Positions 29,554-39,730 of a stretch of 64,000 nucleotides of DNA are shown in pieces (the stretch's first letter is position 1; every line of letters begins with the position of its first letter). The position numbers and the translations under genes are program-made. The notes under the pieces were generated by a model. That model saw only the letters and a program-made list of their open reading frames with translations, was not told the DNA's origin and ran no database searches. The DNA is from Candidatus Aenigmatarchaeota archaeon (GTDB lineage: Archaea; Aenigmatarchaeota; Aenigmatarchaeia; CG10238-14; SCSR01): contig JAUWZS010000001.1 in NCBI GenBank assembly GCA_030615205.1, forward strand, positions 76,993-140,992, in the 5' to 3' direction.

Positions 29554-30042
29554 ATGGCTATTTTTGGACGGAGAAGGATAAAAAAGATTAAAAAGAAGAG
29601 ATTCATTCCTCCGGTTGAGGTAAAAGAAATTTCAGATATGTTAGAAATGAAACATCCTGTATCCGAACAGAAACAAGAATATAAGACAAGGGAGCCATCG
29701 AGACCAACATTTGCGCCTCTATTTGTAAAGTTGACGCGATTTAGAGAAATTTTGAGCACATTGAAATATCTGAAAACGAGTGTTAATTCGATAAAAAGGC
29801 AACTTTCTATTCTGAATAAATTGGAAAAACTTAAAGAAGAAAATTTAAAGTTGCTGAATTCAGAAATAAAGAAATTAAGTGATCAGTTACGCAAACTTGA
29901 CTCAGAATTCACGCGACCATCCGGATATGTAGAAGGGATACCAGAGATGCAGATGCAAGATGTGGAAAGCTTGGAGAGCACCATTGTTGATTTGAAAGAG
30001 CAGATTGAAGATTTGAAATCAGAAGTCGAGACAGTTGCCTAA
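29554..30042 (+). CDS. hypothetical coiled-coil protein
   Basis: APLFVKL motif and heptad pattern. Confidence 0.7.
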   Translation: MAIFGRRRIKKIKKKRFIPPVEVKEISDMLEMKHPVSEQKQEYKTREPSRPTFAPLFVKLTRFREILSTLKYLKTSVNSIKRQLSILNKLEKLKEENLKLLNSEIKKLSDQLRKLDSEFTRPSGYVEGIPEMQMQDVESLESTIVDLKEQIEDLKSEVETVA

Positions 30043-30100
30043 ATCTTTATAGTTTTAAATAATCGTTGGGTATTAGTTAGTATCAGCATGTAATTGCCAA

Positions 30101-30249
30101 GCAGGGGTAGCGAAGTGGCCAAACGCGCAAGGCTCAAGATTGTACAAGATTTTGAGCGCAGATAACAAGATGACGAAAATCGAAGCAAAATGCGTAATGG
30201 GCAACCTTGTGACTTAGTGTCTTCGTGGGTTCGAATCCCACCCCCTGCA
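30101..30249 (+). tRNA. tRNA-Leu(CAA) with 65-nt intron at 37/38 (30139-30203)
   Basis: GCAGGGG/CCCCTGC, CAAGG/CCTTG, long variable arm, BHB CTCA/TGGG with AGA and CAA bulges. Confidence 0.95.
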
Positions 30250-30367
30250 TTTTATTATAATTTAAATTTTTACAAAAGGAAAGAATCTTATCCTCATAAA
30301 ATTAAACATAACCAACAATAAAAAAAACTAAAAGAATTGGAAAAAATAAAAATTAAAAAACTTAAAT

Positions 30368-30649
30368 TTATTTTTCCAGCAATGTTTCATATCCTATGAA
30401 TAGTGTCCCTACTAAGGCCAAAATCCAACCGATTGTTGCAAAGAGTGTGTCAAGCCATAGATCGCCTATATAGCCGTATAGGCCTGGTATGATTGCCGCG
30501 TTTATTGTTCCTGCGAATAGGAAAAATACTCCAGCAGCAGCTAACCATCCGAATCCCTTTTCTGATTTCCTTCTTATCTTTGCCCATTCGGCAAATGCTA
30601 TTATTAATAGGAACGCTACTCCTACATCGATTAGCGTTGCTTCAAACAT
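30368..30649 (-). CDS. small 3-TM membrane protein
   Basis: AGGTGA RBS; three hydrophobic helices. Confidence 0.75.
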   Translation of the reverse strand: MFEATLIDVGVAFLLIIAFAEWAKIRRKSEKGFGWLAAAGVFFLFAGTINAAIIPGLYGYIGDLWLDTLFATIGWILALVGTLFIGYETLLEK

Positions 30650-30818
30650 TTTTTAATTCACCTTAAATAAAATTTCGATAATATGAGGTATAAAAGCTTT
30701 CCCAAGATATTTAAAGCATACTCTTAAGAAGTGGTAACAACCAAAAATTGGTTGATTTTGATTCAATCAATTTTATTTTAATCAACTCAATCAATTTCGA
30801 TCAAATGTTATCTTAATA

Positions 30819-31418
30819 TTATCTTAATTTTATCTCTTCAACTCTTCCGTTAGGTTCGCACTCGACAAATATCTGGCATTGGAATTTCCATATTTTTGTA
30901 TTTTCATCGTTTAGAAAATTCGGTGTCATGCCTGCTTTATAACACAGGTTTTCCAAAAACACATCAACATCCCACTTCTGCTCAATCGGGACTTGCGGCA
31001 GAAGCAATCCATTATAAGGTCCATTCGAAATTATCAATCCATCGCACCCTATTTCTATTTTTTTCTTTAATTCATCCAAATTTTCACCTGAAACGAGCAT
31101 GGGCTCGGTCACCACAGAAACTTCGAATATTACACTTCCGAGCTCCTTTTTTTGCAGTGAGGGAAATCTCGTATCTTCAAATGCAGCCGATAAGGCCGCA
31201 TGCTGAACAGCTTCGTATAAGCATGTAGGGGACATAAAACCAATGCACCCACGAAGTATGCGAGAAGGAAATTTTTTTATTGTAACAAATACACCATGCT
31301 TTTCATTCAATTTTCCATTTTTCGTTTTTTTAAGCTCTAAGCTCTTATTTTTATAAAATTTTTCTACGATGCCTCTCGCTGATTTTACAAGTAATGTACC
31401 TTCTTCTAGATTTAACAT
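30819..31418 (-). CDS. amrA: AMMECR1 family (AmmeMemoRadiSam protein A)
   Basis: GVFVT, LRGCIG, AAFEDTRF, GLLLPQV, CYKAG. Confidence 0.93.
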   Translation of the reverse strand: MLNLEEGTLLVKSARGIVEKFYKNKSLELKKTKNGKLNEKHGVFVTIKKFPSRILRGCIGFMSPTCLYEAVQHAALSAAFEDTRFPSLQKKELGSVIFEVSVVTEPMLVSGENLDELKKKIEIGCDGLIISNGPYNGLLLPQVPIEQKWDVDVFLENLCYKAGMTPNFLNDENTKIWKFQCQIFVECEPNGRVEEIKLR

Positions 31419-31469
31419 ATCTTAGAATTGAGAAAAAGAAAATAAAAAAGGATATGAAAAATTCTAAAA

Positions 31470-31535
31470 TTATTCGAATTCGTCATCGTCCCAATCATCG
31501 AACTCCATTTCTTTGATTTTTTCTTCGATGATCAT
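31470..31535 (-). CDS. putative 21-aa acidic micropeptide (not in ORF track)
   Basis: GGTGA RBS 6 nt before ATG; MIIEEKIKEMEFDDWDDDEFE. Confidence 0.5.
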   Translation of the reverse strand: MIIEEKIKEMEFDDWDDDEFE

Positions 31536-31700
31536 TTTTAATCACCAATTACATTTACTGTGTAAAGAGTCAGCAAGATATTTAAGTTTTTGTTAAGCTG
31601 CGCTCGGATTTACTGAGCAATAATAAAAAAAATTAAAATATAATTTTTTTAGATTTTCAATTCTCAACACTTGTTTTATTATTTTTTCTAAAATAGTCAA

Positions 31701-33473
31701 CTATTTCTGTAAAAGTTTTTTGATTTCTTTAATACTTTCTGGGTTGGCCAGTGTTGAGACGTCGCCAAGCTTCTCACCTACAACTAGTTTTTTTAATAAT
31801 CGCCTAACAACTTTACCTGACCTAGTTTTGGGCAGACTGTCAACAAAGTCAATCTCACGCGGATAGGCATGACCAGCTAAATGTTTTTTTACGAATTGTC
31901 GCAGGTCATTCTTCAGCTTTTCTGATTTCTTATAGTCTTTTCTAAGAACAACAAATGCCTTTATTATCTCCCCTCTAAGTGGGTCTGGTTTTCCTATGAC
32001 GCCTGCCTCAACCACCGCTGCGTGTTCTACTAATGCACTCTCAACCTCAAATGGCCCGACACGTTCACCAGATGTTTTAATAATATCATCAGCACGTCCG
32101 ACAAACCAGAAATATCCATCTTTATCCATAAATGCTAGATCGCCACTCATATACCAATTACCAACAAAATACGATTTGTACTTTTTCGGCCTTTTCCATA
32201 TTTTCTTCATCATCGATGGCCATGCAGGCTTTATAACCAAATTTCCTTCTTTTCCTACGCGCAACTTACGACCATTGTCATCTACTATTGCTGCCTTTAT
32301 CCCAGGAAGTGGCTTGCCCATTGAGCCCGGCTTGATCGGCATACAAGGATAATTCGCAATAAGTATACCTCCTGTTTCTGTTTGCCACCAATTGTCGTGA
32401 AATGGTACACCAAAAACTTTCAGACTCCATCTTACGGCTTCTGGGTTCAGCGGCTCGCCGACGCTGCACATGTGCCTTAAGCTACTTAAATCATATTTTT
32501 TCACCAGATGGTCACCTGCAGCCATTAACATTCTAATAGCTGTAGGGGCCGTATACCAGACTGTTACATTATATTTCTCTATTATCGAATACCATTTTTC
32601 TGGATTAAATCTTCCTTCATAAACAACAGATGATGTGCCATTAGACCAGCAACCAAGTATGCCATATGCAACACCAGTAACCCATCCCGGGTCTGCAGTG
32701 CACCAATAAACATCGTCTCCATGCAAATCTAAAACCCATTTTGCAGTCATATGCTCTTGTATCAAAGCTTTGTGCGCATGTACTACTCCCTTGGGTTTGC
32801 CAGTAGTGCCAGATGTATAGAGCATAAACGCATCGTCAGTTTGTTTTGTTTTGACTATTCTAAATTTTTCTGAAGCACGTGCCATCTCTTTTTCATAATT
32901 TATCTCTTTACCACTTGCTCTGCCAACAACTATTATATGTTTCAAGTCTGGTAGCTCGCGTTTGACTTTGTAAATTCTTTTTTTCAATGTGTCGTCTGTA
33001 ATAACGACCTTTGCTGCGCTATCTTGTAATCTGTCTTTTATTCCGCTTGGACCAAATGCTGCAAACATCGTACCGGCCACTGCGCCAAGTTTGAGTATAC
33101 CGAGAAAACTAATATACAATGCGGGGATGCGTGGGAGGAAAATAAAAACACGGTCGCCCTTCTTCACACCAAGACTCTTCAGAATGTTTGCAAATTTATT
33201 AGAGAGCTCGGAAATCTGCACAAATGTAAATTCTTTACTTTTTTCCACACCTTCCCAATAAAGGGCAACTTTATTTTTTCTCCATGTATTAACATGGCAG
33301 TCCATAGCTGCATATGCAACATTCAATCTATGACCAAGCCAGGCAACTTCTTTATAAACATCTCTCCATTTGAATTTTCTGTAAGTCTTCTCATAATTTT
33401 CAAGGTTAGGTTTCTTTTTGAAGAATTTTTTTGGTTTTTTTATTATTTTCGCTCTTGGAGTTCTAGTTTTCAT
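31701..33473 (-). CDS. acs: AMP-forming acetyl-CoA synthetase
   Basis: YTSGTTGKPKG, DPGWVTG, SVGEP, DNWWQTETG, PKTRSGKVVRR. Confidence 0.95.
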   Translation of the reverse strand: MKTRTPRAKIIKKPKKFFKKKPNLENYEKTYRKFKWRDVYKEVAWLGHRLNVAYAAMDCHVNTWRKNKVALYWEGVEKSKEFTFVQISELSNKFANILKSLGVKKGDRVFIFLPRIPALYISFLGILKLGAVAGTMFAAFGPSGIKDRLQDSAAKVVITDDTLKKRIYKVKRELPDLKHIIVVGRASGKEINYEKEMARASEKFRIVKTKQTDDAFMLYTSGTTGKPKGVVHAHKALIQEHMTAKWVLDLHGDDVYWCTADPGWVTGVAYGILGCWSNGTSSVVYEGRFNPEKWYSIIEKYNVTVWYTAPTAIRMLMAAGDHLVKKYDLSSLRHMCSVGEPLNPEAVRWSLKVFGVPFHDNWWQTETGGILIANYPCMPIKPGSMGKPLPGIKAAIVDDNGRKLRVGKEGNLVIKPAWPSMMKKIWKRPKKYKSYFVGNWYMSGDLAFMDKDGYFWFVGRADDIIKTSGERVGPFEVESALVEHAAVVEAGVIGKPDPLRGEIIKAFVVLRKDYKKSEKLKNDLRQFVKKHLAGHAYPREIDFVDSLPKTRSGKVVRRLLKKLVVGEKLGDVSTLANPESIKEIKKLLQK

Positions 33474-33555
33474 GCGACCACTAATATTTTTTCGATTTGA
33501 TAGAATAAATTCTCAGCATATAACTTAATTTACTAGATTAGACTAAGATTAATTG

Positions 33556-34731
33556 ATGGCCACTATAGACTATAAGCAATTCATCACAAAAGATTTAACA
33601 AGCCTTGCAAACGATTCTATTGCTGAGCTTATAGAAAAAGCGAAAAAGTACGATGATGTTGTCAGCCTTGGTAGGGGAGAGCCGAACTTTGATATGGCCA
33701 AATTCATGAAAGATGCCATGATATGTGCTATAAAAGAAAATCAGACTCATTATGTATCTGGTTCTATACCGGAATTAAATGGAGCTATTGCTGACAAATT
33801 AAAAAACGAGAACGGTCTTCATATCGATTCTCAATTCAGAATAGTTGTCGGTGCAGGCTCGTTACCAGTTCTACAGGCAATAATTGGTGCGATAGTTGAA
33901 CCAGGTGAAGAAATAATAGTTACAGACCCGACTTATTTGAAGTACATCTCGATTATACGCTCGATGCACGCGAAACCGAAGTTTGCGATTGTATATGAAG
34001 AAAACAATTTTATCCCGACTGTTGAGGAGTTAGAGAAGGCTTATACAAATAAAACTAAAGCTATTATGGTTAATTCTCCTTGCAATCCAACTGGTGCTGT
34101 TTTCACAAAAAAACAATTAGAAGAAATTGCAGAATTCGCAATCGAAAAAAACATAATAGTCATAACAGATGAAGTATACGAGAACATCATATACGATGAT
34201 GCAAAGCATTATAGCATTGGCTCGTTTGATAGCGATATTTCAGAACGCACGATAACGCTGAATAGCTTTTCAAAATCTTATGCTATGACAGGCCTACGTG
34301 TGGGGTACGCGGCCGGTCCGATTGAGTTGATGAAACATGTGTTCAACTATAATTACTTTGGGCACATATGCGCATGCGTACCATCTATGTATGCTGCATT
34401 GGAAGCATTGACAAATCCAAAAAGTAAAGAATTCGTGCAAAGTATGGTAAAAGAATACGATCGCCGCAGAAAATTTATAGTCAAACGGTTGAACGAAATC
34501 GGCCTACCAACAAAAATGCCAAAAGGCGCTTTCTACACTTTTTCCAGATGCGACAATTTCGATAAAAACTCTCACAACTTCGCAAACAATGTGCTGGAAA
34601 AAAGTCATGTTATAGTAATACCAGGCTCGGCATTCGGTCCGCATGGTGAAGGTTTTGTCAGAATCTCATACGCGACAAAGTACGAGCAAATCGAAGAAGC
34701 TATGGACAGAATGGAGAAGCTTCTCAAGTAA
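33556..34731 (+). CDS. class I/II PLP-dependent aminotransferase (AspC-like)
   Basis: GEPNF, NSPCNPTG, DEVY, SFSKSYAMTGLRVG. Confidence 0.93.
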   Translation: MATIDYKQFITKDLTSLANDSIAELIEKAKKYDDVVSLGRGEPNFDMAKFMKDAMICAIKENQTHYVSGSIPELNGAIADKLKNENGLHIDSQFRIVVGAGSLPVLQAIIGAIVEPGEEIIVTDPTYLKYISIIRSMHAKPKFAIVYEENNFIPTVEELEKAYTNKTKAIMVNSPCNPTGAVFTKKQLEEIAEFAIEKNIIVITDEVYENIIYDDAKHYSIGSFDSDISERTITLNSFSKSYAMTGLRVGYAAGPIELMKHVFNYNYFGHICACVPSMYAALEALTNPKSKEFVQSMVKEYDRRRKFIVKRLNEIGLPTKMPKGAFYTFSRCDNFDKNSHNFANNVLEKSHVIVIPGSAFGPHGEGFVRISYATKYEQIEEAMDRMEKLLK

Positions 34732-34763
34732 ATATTTAAATCAGTATCGCACATAGTTTCTTT

Positions 34764-35041
34764 TGCAGGGGGCTAGGCTGGGGAGTTACCGGTTCTCTGT
34801 AACCACAAATCCGGTTTATGGTGGAGCCGAAATCCTTTGAGCGGCGTGGGTTTTGTAAATCGACCCAAGCTCTGGACTGCGAAGCCTTGTCCCTATTGGT
34901 TTGCTTGGCTGTGAATCCCCCAGGGCAGGAATGCAGCAAGGGTTAGTAGTCATTCAAACGCTATAGGATCAGCAGGGTGGAGGAAGGAGCCTGGACAACC
35001 GGCTTATAGAATCCGCATCAATCTAAGGTCCGCCCTCTGCA
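34764..35041 (+). ncRNA. ffs: archaeal signal recognition particle (7S) RNA
   Basis: GC-rich; Alu-like 5' GGCTAGGCTGGGGAG...CTGTAACC; helix 8 CAGG-GCA-GGAA-TGC-AGCA; terminal pairing GCAGGGGGC/GCCCTCTGC. Confidence 0.92.
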
Positions 35042-35102
35042 CCATTTATCTTTATGCAAGATTTATTTTTATCAAAAGGCGAGTGCACGAATTGGTGAAC
35101 GT

Positions 35103-35894
35103 ATGAAAGAAAATGCTATTATTCTAATCCTTTTGATTGTTTTCCTGATTGGAGTATCAACATTTTTCTCAAGCAACACAGAGACCAGTATTGAAACTCC
35201 TGGCGAGCCTGGGCCTGAGTCTGAGCCTGGCGCTGAACTCGAGCCGAACATTACTACATATACTGAAACTCCGCCAGCGGCCTTAAAATACGGCTCAGCA
35301 ACGATAAGAGTACCAGCAGTAGATAATGAAGGGAATGGTGTAGTGACATCGCTTACAGTCGATTCGAATGCTGGAGAAGGGAGAACGCTGGTAAACATAG
35401 ACCAGCTGCTGTTTTGGGTAGATACTCAATACTCCATACAAACTGCGAAATTGGTTGCAGAAAATTATACTGATGTCGACTTGTCAGAGATCGATTTAGT
35501 TTATTCAATAGATACAGAAGCTTACTTGATTGAAGGCCCGTCTGCTGGCGCCGCGCTCACAGTAGCTACAATAGCTGCAATCTATAATGAAACATTAAAT
35601 TCGACCGTTATGATAACAGGCACTATAACCCCTGATGCCAGCATTGGACCAGTAGGTGGCATACTTGAGAAAGCAACCGCAGCGAAAGACATCGGTGCTT
35701 CCCTATTTATTGTACCAGCAGGACAAGCGACACAGACCTATTACAGGCAGGAGCGGACTTGCGAGAAAATCGGACCAATAACTTATTGTACTACTGAATA
35801 TGTACCTGAAACGATTGACATAGAGGAGCAGGCTGGCATAGCGATGGAAGAAGTATCTAACATAGGCGAGGCATTAAAATATTTCCTAAAATAA
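35103..35894 (+). CDS. membrane-anchored S16 (Lon-like) protease domain without ATPase
   Basis: EGPSAG catalytic Ser, GPVGGILEK catalytic Lys, N-terminal TM. Confidence 0.88.
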   Translation: MKENAIILILLIVFLIGVSTFFSSNTETSIETPGEPGPESEPGAELEPNITTYTETPPAALKYGSATIRVPAVDNEGNGVVTSLTVDSNAGEGRTLVNIDQLLFWVDTQYSIQTAKLVAENYTDVDLSEIDLVYSIDTEAYLIEGPSAGAALTVATIAAIYNETLNSTVMITGTITPDASIGPVGGILEKATAAKDIGASLFIVPAGQATQTYYRQERTCEKIGPITYCTTEYVPETIDIEEQAGIAMEEVSNIGEALKYFLK

Positions 35895-35903
35895 AATGTA
35901 ATT

Positions 35904-36587
35904 ATGCCTGATAGAAAGAATAGGCTTGCCAGTATGAGTAGCTTCACTAGTATAAACAGACTTGTAGAATCGAATGAATTACTAAGCTTAATTATTGCAG
36001 TTGCTGTGACCACGATTATTTTCGCATACAACTGGGGAGCTCCGCTAGCGACGGTAGATGCTATCCCTTCTTCATTCCTTGCTGTAGTTACTGCTTTTCT
36101 TTTTCATGAACTTGCACACCGTTTTGTAGCGAAAAGGTTGCATTGTTCGGCTGTATATAAAATATGGATACCTGGCATCATCTTTGGGTTGTTGATGATG
36201 TTAATAGGCGTAAAGTTAATACTTGTCGGCGCAGTTGTAATAAGCACGTACAAATTCGGCAGATGGGGAATGAAATCCAAATACCCGTCAATGAGAGAGA
36301 TTGGATTGATATCAGTTTCTGGCCCGCTCACAAATCTGATATTGGCATCTGCTTTCAAAATTATCTCTGAAGGTGCACTCTTAGGCACAGCATTAGGCGC
36401 GACTTTTGGTTATCTTGCATCAATAAACTTGTGGATCGCGTTTTTCAATCTAGTGCCAGTCAAACCTCTTGACGGCAGCAAAATTTTCTTTTGGAATCCA
36501 TTAATCTGGTTTTTCCTCATAGTAGCCTCTTTGTTCCTCCTTATACCATCGCATATCTTCGGGCCGCTTTTGGCATCACTGGGCTAA
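35904..36587 (+). CDS. site-2 protease (M50) family
   Basis: HELAH, GPLTN, FNLVPVKPLDG. Confidence 0.92.
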   Translation: MPDRKNRLASMSSFTSINRLVESNELLSLIIAVAVTTIIFAYNWGAPLATVDAIPSSFLAVVTAFLFHELAHRFVAKRLHCSAVYKIWIPGIIFGLLMMLIGVKLILVGAVVISTYKFGRWGMKSKYPSMREIGLISVSGPLTNLILASAFKIISEGALLGTALGATFGYLASINLWIAFFNLVPVKPLDGSKIFFWNPLIWFFLIVASLFLLIPSHIFGPLLASLG

Positions 36588-36660
36588 ATTACTAGTCTAA
36601 ATTACTTAATTTTGAACATCAACCTTAATTTTAATCGTCAGCCATCACTAATATTATTTA

Positions 36661-37098
36661 GTGAAAAAAATGAAGATGTCAAGAAGTAGCTATATCTTAC
36701 ATAATTTAACGCACATTACTTTACCATTTGCAATATCTTCTATATTTCTTTTGATCGACTCTTCACTTGACGCTTATGATGTTTTAGTTATAGCTCTATT
36801 AGGTGGGTTCTCACCAGATATAGACCACATCAACATATGGCTTGAATACAAGTTCAAAAATTTCAGAAGTTTTCTTAGATTTGTAACAACTGTAAGATCA
36901 TATAGATATTCTTTTTTAATATTCCACAATCTAGGTACTCTAATCGCTATAGGTCTTTTGATCCCAATCATGAGCACAATCAGTTCACTAGCTGCTGTTT
37001 TTCTGACTGCATTTTTAGCGCACTTGATTTTGGATTTTTTCACTGACAAAATGTCAATCGGCAGGGTAACGCATTGGCGATACAGAAGAAGGACTTGA
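36661..37098 (+). CDS. membrane metal-dependent hydrolase-like protein
   Basis: PDIDH, FHN, HLILD. Confidence 0.7.
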   Translation: MKKMKMSRSSYILHNLTHITLPFAISSIFLLIDSSLDAYDVLVIALLGGFSPDIDHINIWLEYKFKNFRSFLRFVTTVRSYRYSFLIFHNLGTLIAIGLLIPIMSTISSLAAVFLTAFLAHLILDFFTDKMSIGRVTHWRYRRRT

Positions 37099-37148
37099 GT
37101 TAGCTCTGCAGAAGGACTTAAATTCTATAAGAGCAATAACTGTAAAGT

Positions 37149-38456
37149 ATGCAGATTATTGCCGATTTTCACATACATAGCTATCTTAGTCGTGCAACGA
37201 GCAAGAGCATGAACATAGATGAGATTTCAAAAAACGGCAAGTTAAAGGGTTTGAGTTTAATCGGAACAGGAGATTTTACCCATCAGGCATGGCTCACGCA
37301 AATAAAAGAGAAGCTCGTGGGAAAAGAGATGGAAAGTGGCTCTGGTATTTTTGAGTTTGACGGGATGAACTGGATTCTAACATGTGAAGTTGCAACAATC
37401 TATACACAAGACAGTAAAACAAGGAAAGTACACCACGTCATTCACGCACCAAGTATAGAAATAGTAGAACAAATAAACGAAGCTCTGCAGAAATATGGCA
37501 ATTTGCAGGCTGATGGAAGACCTATGCTGACAGGGATAACATCAGCCGAGCTTGTAGAAATTTTGATGGAAATCTCAAACAAAATTTTAATTTATCCTGC
37601 GCATGCTTGGACAAGTTGGTTCGGCGTTCTTGGCGAGTTCTCTGGTTTTGACAGCTTGGAAGAATGCTATCAAGACCAGATACATCATATACACGCACTT
37701 GAAACTGGCATGAGCAGCGACCCGGCCATGAATTGGCGTGTATCAAGCCTTGATAAGTTCACTCTGCTTAGCAACTCAGATGCGCACAGTCCCTGGGTTT
37801 GGCGAATCGGCCGTGAGGCAAATGTTTTTGATCTTGACACTGACAAACTGACTTATGATACAATAAACAAAACAATAATAAAAAAAGACCCAAAGCGGCT
37901 GAAATTTACAATCGAAGTTGAGCCATCGTATGGAAAGTACCACTTTACCGGCCACCGGAAATGCGGAATTAATCTGCATCCGAAAGAAGCCCTAAAATTC
38001 GATAACAAATGTCCGATCTGCAGACGCAAGCTGACCGTGGGCGTACTGCAACGCGTGGAAAAGCTAGCAGACAGACCAGAAGGATTCAAACCAAAAAACG
38101 ATTTACTAATACCTTTCAAATCCCTGCTCCCGCTTTATGAAATTATATCGTCCGCGACTGGCGTGAACCGGCTCTATTCTAGAGCTGTAATCGAACAGCA
38201 AGATGCACTTATCGCAAAATTCGACAATGAATTTAACATATTGCTCAATGTCCCAAAAGAAGAGTTGCTCAAAGCAACGAATGAAAAAGTTGCAGAGGCT
38301 ATAATAAAAACAAGAAACGGCGAAGTTAAGTACATTCCAGGATACGACGGTGTATACGGCATTCCAGTCTTCTCCCACGAAGAATACGAGAAGCTAAAGA
38401 AGAAGCAAATTTCAAAAGCAAAAGAGCAACGAAGTTTAAAAGATTTTAAAAAGTAA
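37149..38456 (+). CDS. endonuclease Q family (PHP domain plus Zn finger)
   Basis: DFHIHS, GTGDFTH, PAHAWT, NSDAHS, GKYHFTGHRKC...CPIC, PGYDGVYG. Confidence 0.9.
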   Translation: MQIIADFHIHSYLSRATSKSMNIDEISKNGKLKGLSLIGTGDFTHQAWLTQIKEKLVGKEMESGSGIFEFDGMNWILTCEVATIYTQDSKTRKVHHVIHAPSIEIVEQINEALQKYGNLQADGRPMLTGITSAELVEILMEISNKILIYPAHAWTSWFGVLGEFSGFDSLEECYQDQIHHIHALETGMSSDPAMNWRVSSLDKFTLLSNSDAHSPWVWRIGREANVFDLDTDKLTYDTINKTIIKKDPKRLKFTIEVEPSYGKYHFTGHRKCGINLHPKEALKFDNKCPICRRKLTVGVLQRVEKLADRPEGFKPKNDLLIPFKSLLPLYEIISSATGVNRLYSRAVIEQQDALIAKFDNEFNILLNVPKEELLKATNEKVAEAIIKTRNGEVKYIPGYDGVYGIPVFSHEEYEKLKKKQISKAKEQRSLKDFKK

Positions 38457-38473
38457 AGTCCAATCAAATATAC

Positions 38474-38575
38474 GGGCCTGTAGTCTACTGGTAGGATGCC
38501 ACCCTCACACGGGCCACGAAAGCAACCTGAGCTCTAAGAACGGTGGAGAACGTGGTTCAATTCCGCGCAGGCCCA
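38474..38575 (+). tRNA. tRNA-Val(CAC) with 31-nt intron at 37/38 (38510-38540)
   Basis: GGGCCTG/CAGGCCC, CCACC/GGTGG, relaxed BHB CTCA/TAAG. Confidence 0.92.
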
Positions 38576-38675
38576 TCTCAAATTCAAGAATCTTATATGA
38601 AATTAGTAAATTTGTTCGTCCATAATTTTGTTAGTATGTCTACTTAGAATAAGTCTTAAAGATTTTACCGATAGT

Positions 38676-39656
38676 TTAAGGCGATGGCATTGTTGGTGTT
38701 GGGCTTGTTGTTGTAGTTGTTTCTTCTGTAGTGGTAGTTGTCTCTCCACTTATGTATATAGATTTCAAAACTTTTATGCTAGTCGTGCCGTCCAAGAAAT
38801 AATTATAGCTTAATTCTATTTCTACTGGGATGGTTGTGTACGAATCAATATATGGTAATGTGAATCTGCAAGGAATCGACTTTTTACCGGTTCTAGGAAG
38901 TCTGTAATCGTCCTCTCCATTTCCTTCACATTTCCCACCGTTGACCTCTATCTTATCCACAGTTATCGTCATATCACTTTCCTCGCTTTTATATGGTTTC
39001 CCTTGACCAATGTTGCTGACTAGAATTGTAATCGAAGCCTGCTGCCCCTCACCCCTATAAATCAATGGTCTTGCTAATCCAGCCAATGCAACCTTAATTG
39101 GAGCGTTTGTTACAGAAAAAGTTTCTATTCCAGAGGCTCTCATGATTGTTTCTGCGTCCTCTGGGTTGCTTCTCAAATAATCATTGTTATATATTTTTAT
39201 ATTTGCTAGAGCAGTTGTACTATAAGAGTAATTTAGTCTCACACTGGCAGTATAAGTATTATCGACTTTTAGACCTACTGGAGATTTAATACCCCACTGC
39301 GCATCACCAACGCCACCCGGAACTTTATATTCTGGCTGACTTTTTTCAAGAAAGCCTATAGTTTTAGTCCTTTTAGCTATGTCATCCCAATCGGTTCCAG
39401 TCCAGTCTGTTCCCAAGCCAAAGATCTTAGCTCTAACATTTGTAGCGTCTTCTCCTCCAATATTTTCAACAGTTAAAGAAAATGTTACCTCATCCTCAGA
39501 AAATATTTCAGACATGTCTGGAGCGAAGCTCTTAATAATAACACCTGTAGATATTCCCCCTTCACCTACACCGATTCCGGGTAGTTCTATACATCCTGAG
39601 AAAGCCACTACCACAACAAATAGTGATGCTAATAGAACCAAGGTGTGTTTTTTCAT
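38676..39656 (-). CDS. putative lipoprotein, Ig-like, Thr/Pro tail
   Basis: lipobox FSGC; C-terminal ETTTTTEETTTTTSP. Confidence 0.8.
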   Translation of the reverse strand: MKKHTLVLLASLFVVVVAFSGCIELPGIGVGEGGISTGVIIKSFAPDMSEIFSEDEVTFSLTVENIGGEDATNVRAKIFGLGTDWTGTDWDDIAKRTKTIGFLEKSQPEYKVPGGVGDAQWGIKSPVGLKVDNTYTASVRLNYSYSTTALANIKIYNNDYLRSNPEDAETIMRASGIETFSVTNAPIKVALAGLARPLIYRGEGQQASITILVSNIGQGKPYKSEESDMTITVDKIEVNGGKCEGNGEDDYRLPRTGKKSIPCRFTLPYIDSYTTIPVEIELSYNYFLDGTTSIKVLKSIYISGETTTTTEETTTTTSPTPTMPSP

Positions 39657-39730
39657 TTTTCAGACCTGCTTTTTCAAATCTACTTGATAATAATTCAATT
39701 TTAATCAATTTAAAATTATTCTTTATGTTT

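Noticed and set aside
34736-34939. 67-aa minus-strand ORF
   Set aside because: Lies antisense to the SRP RNA.
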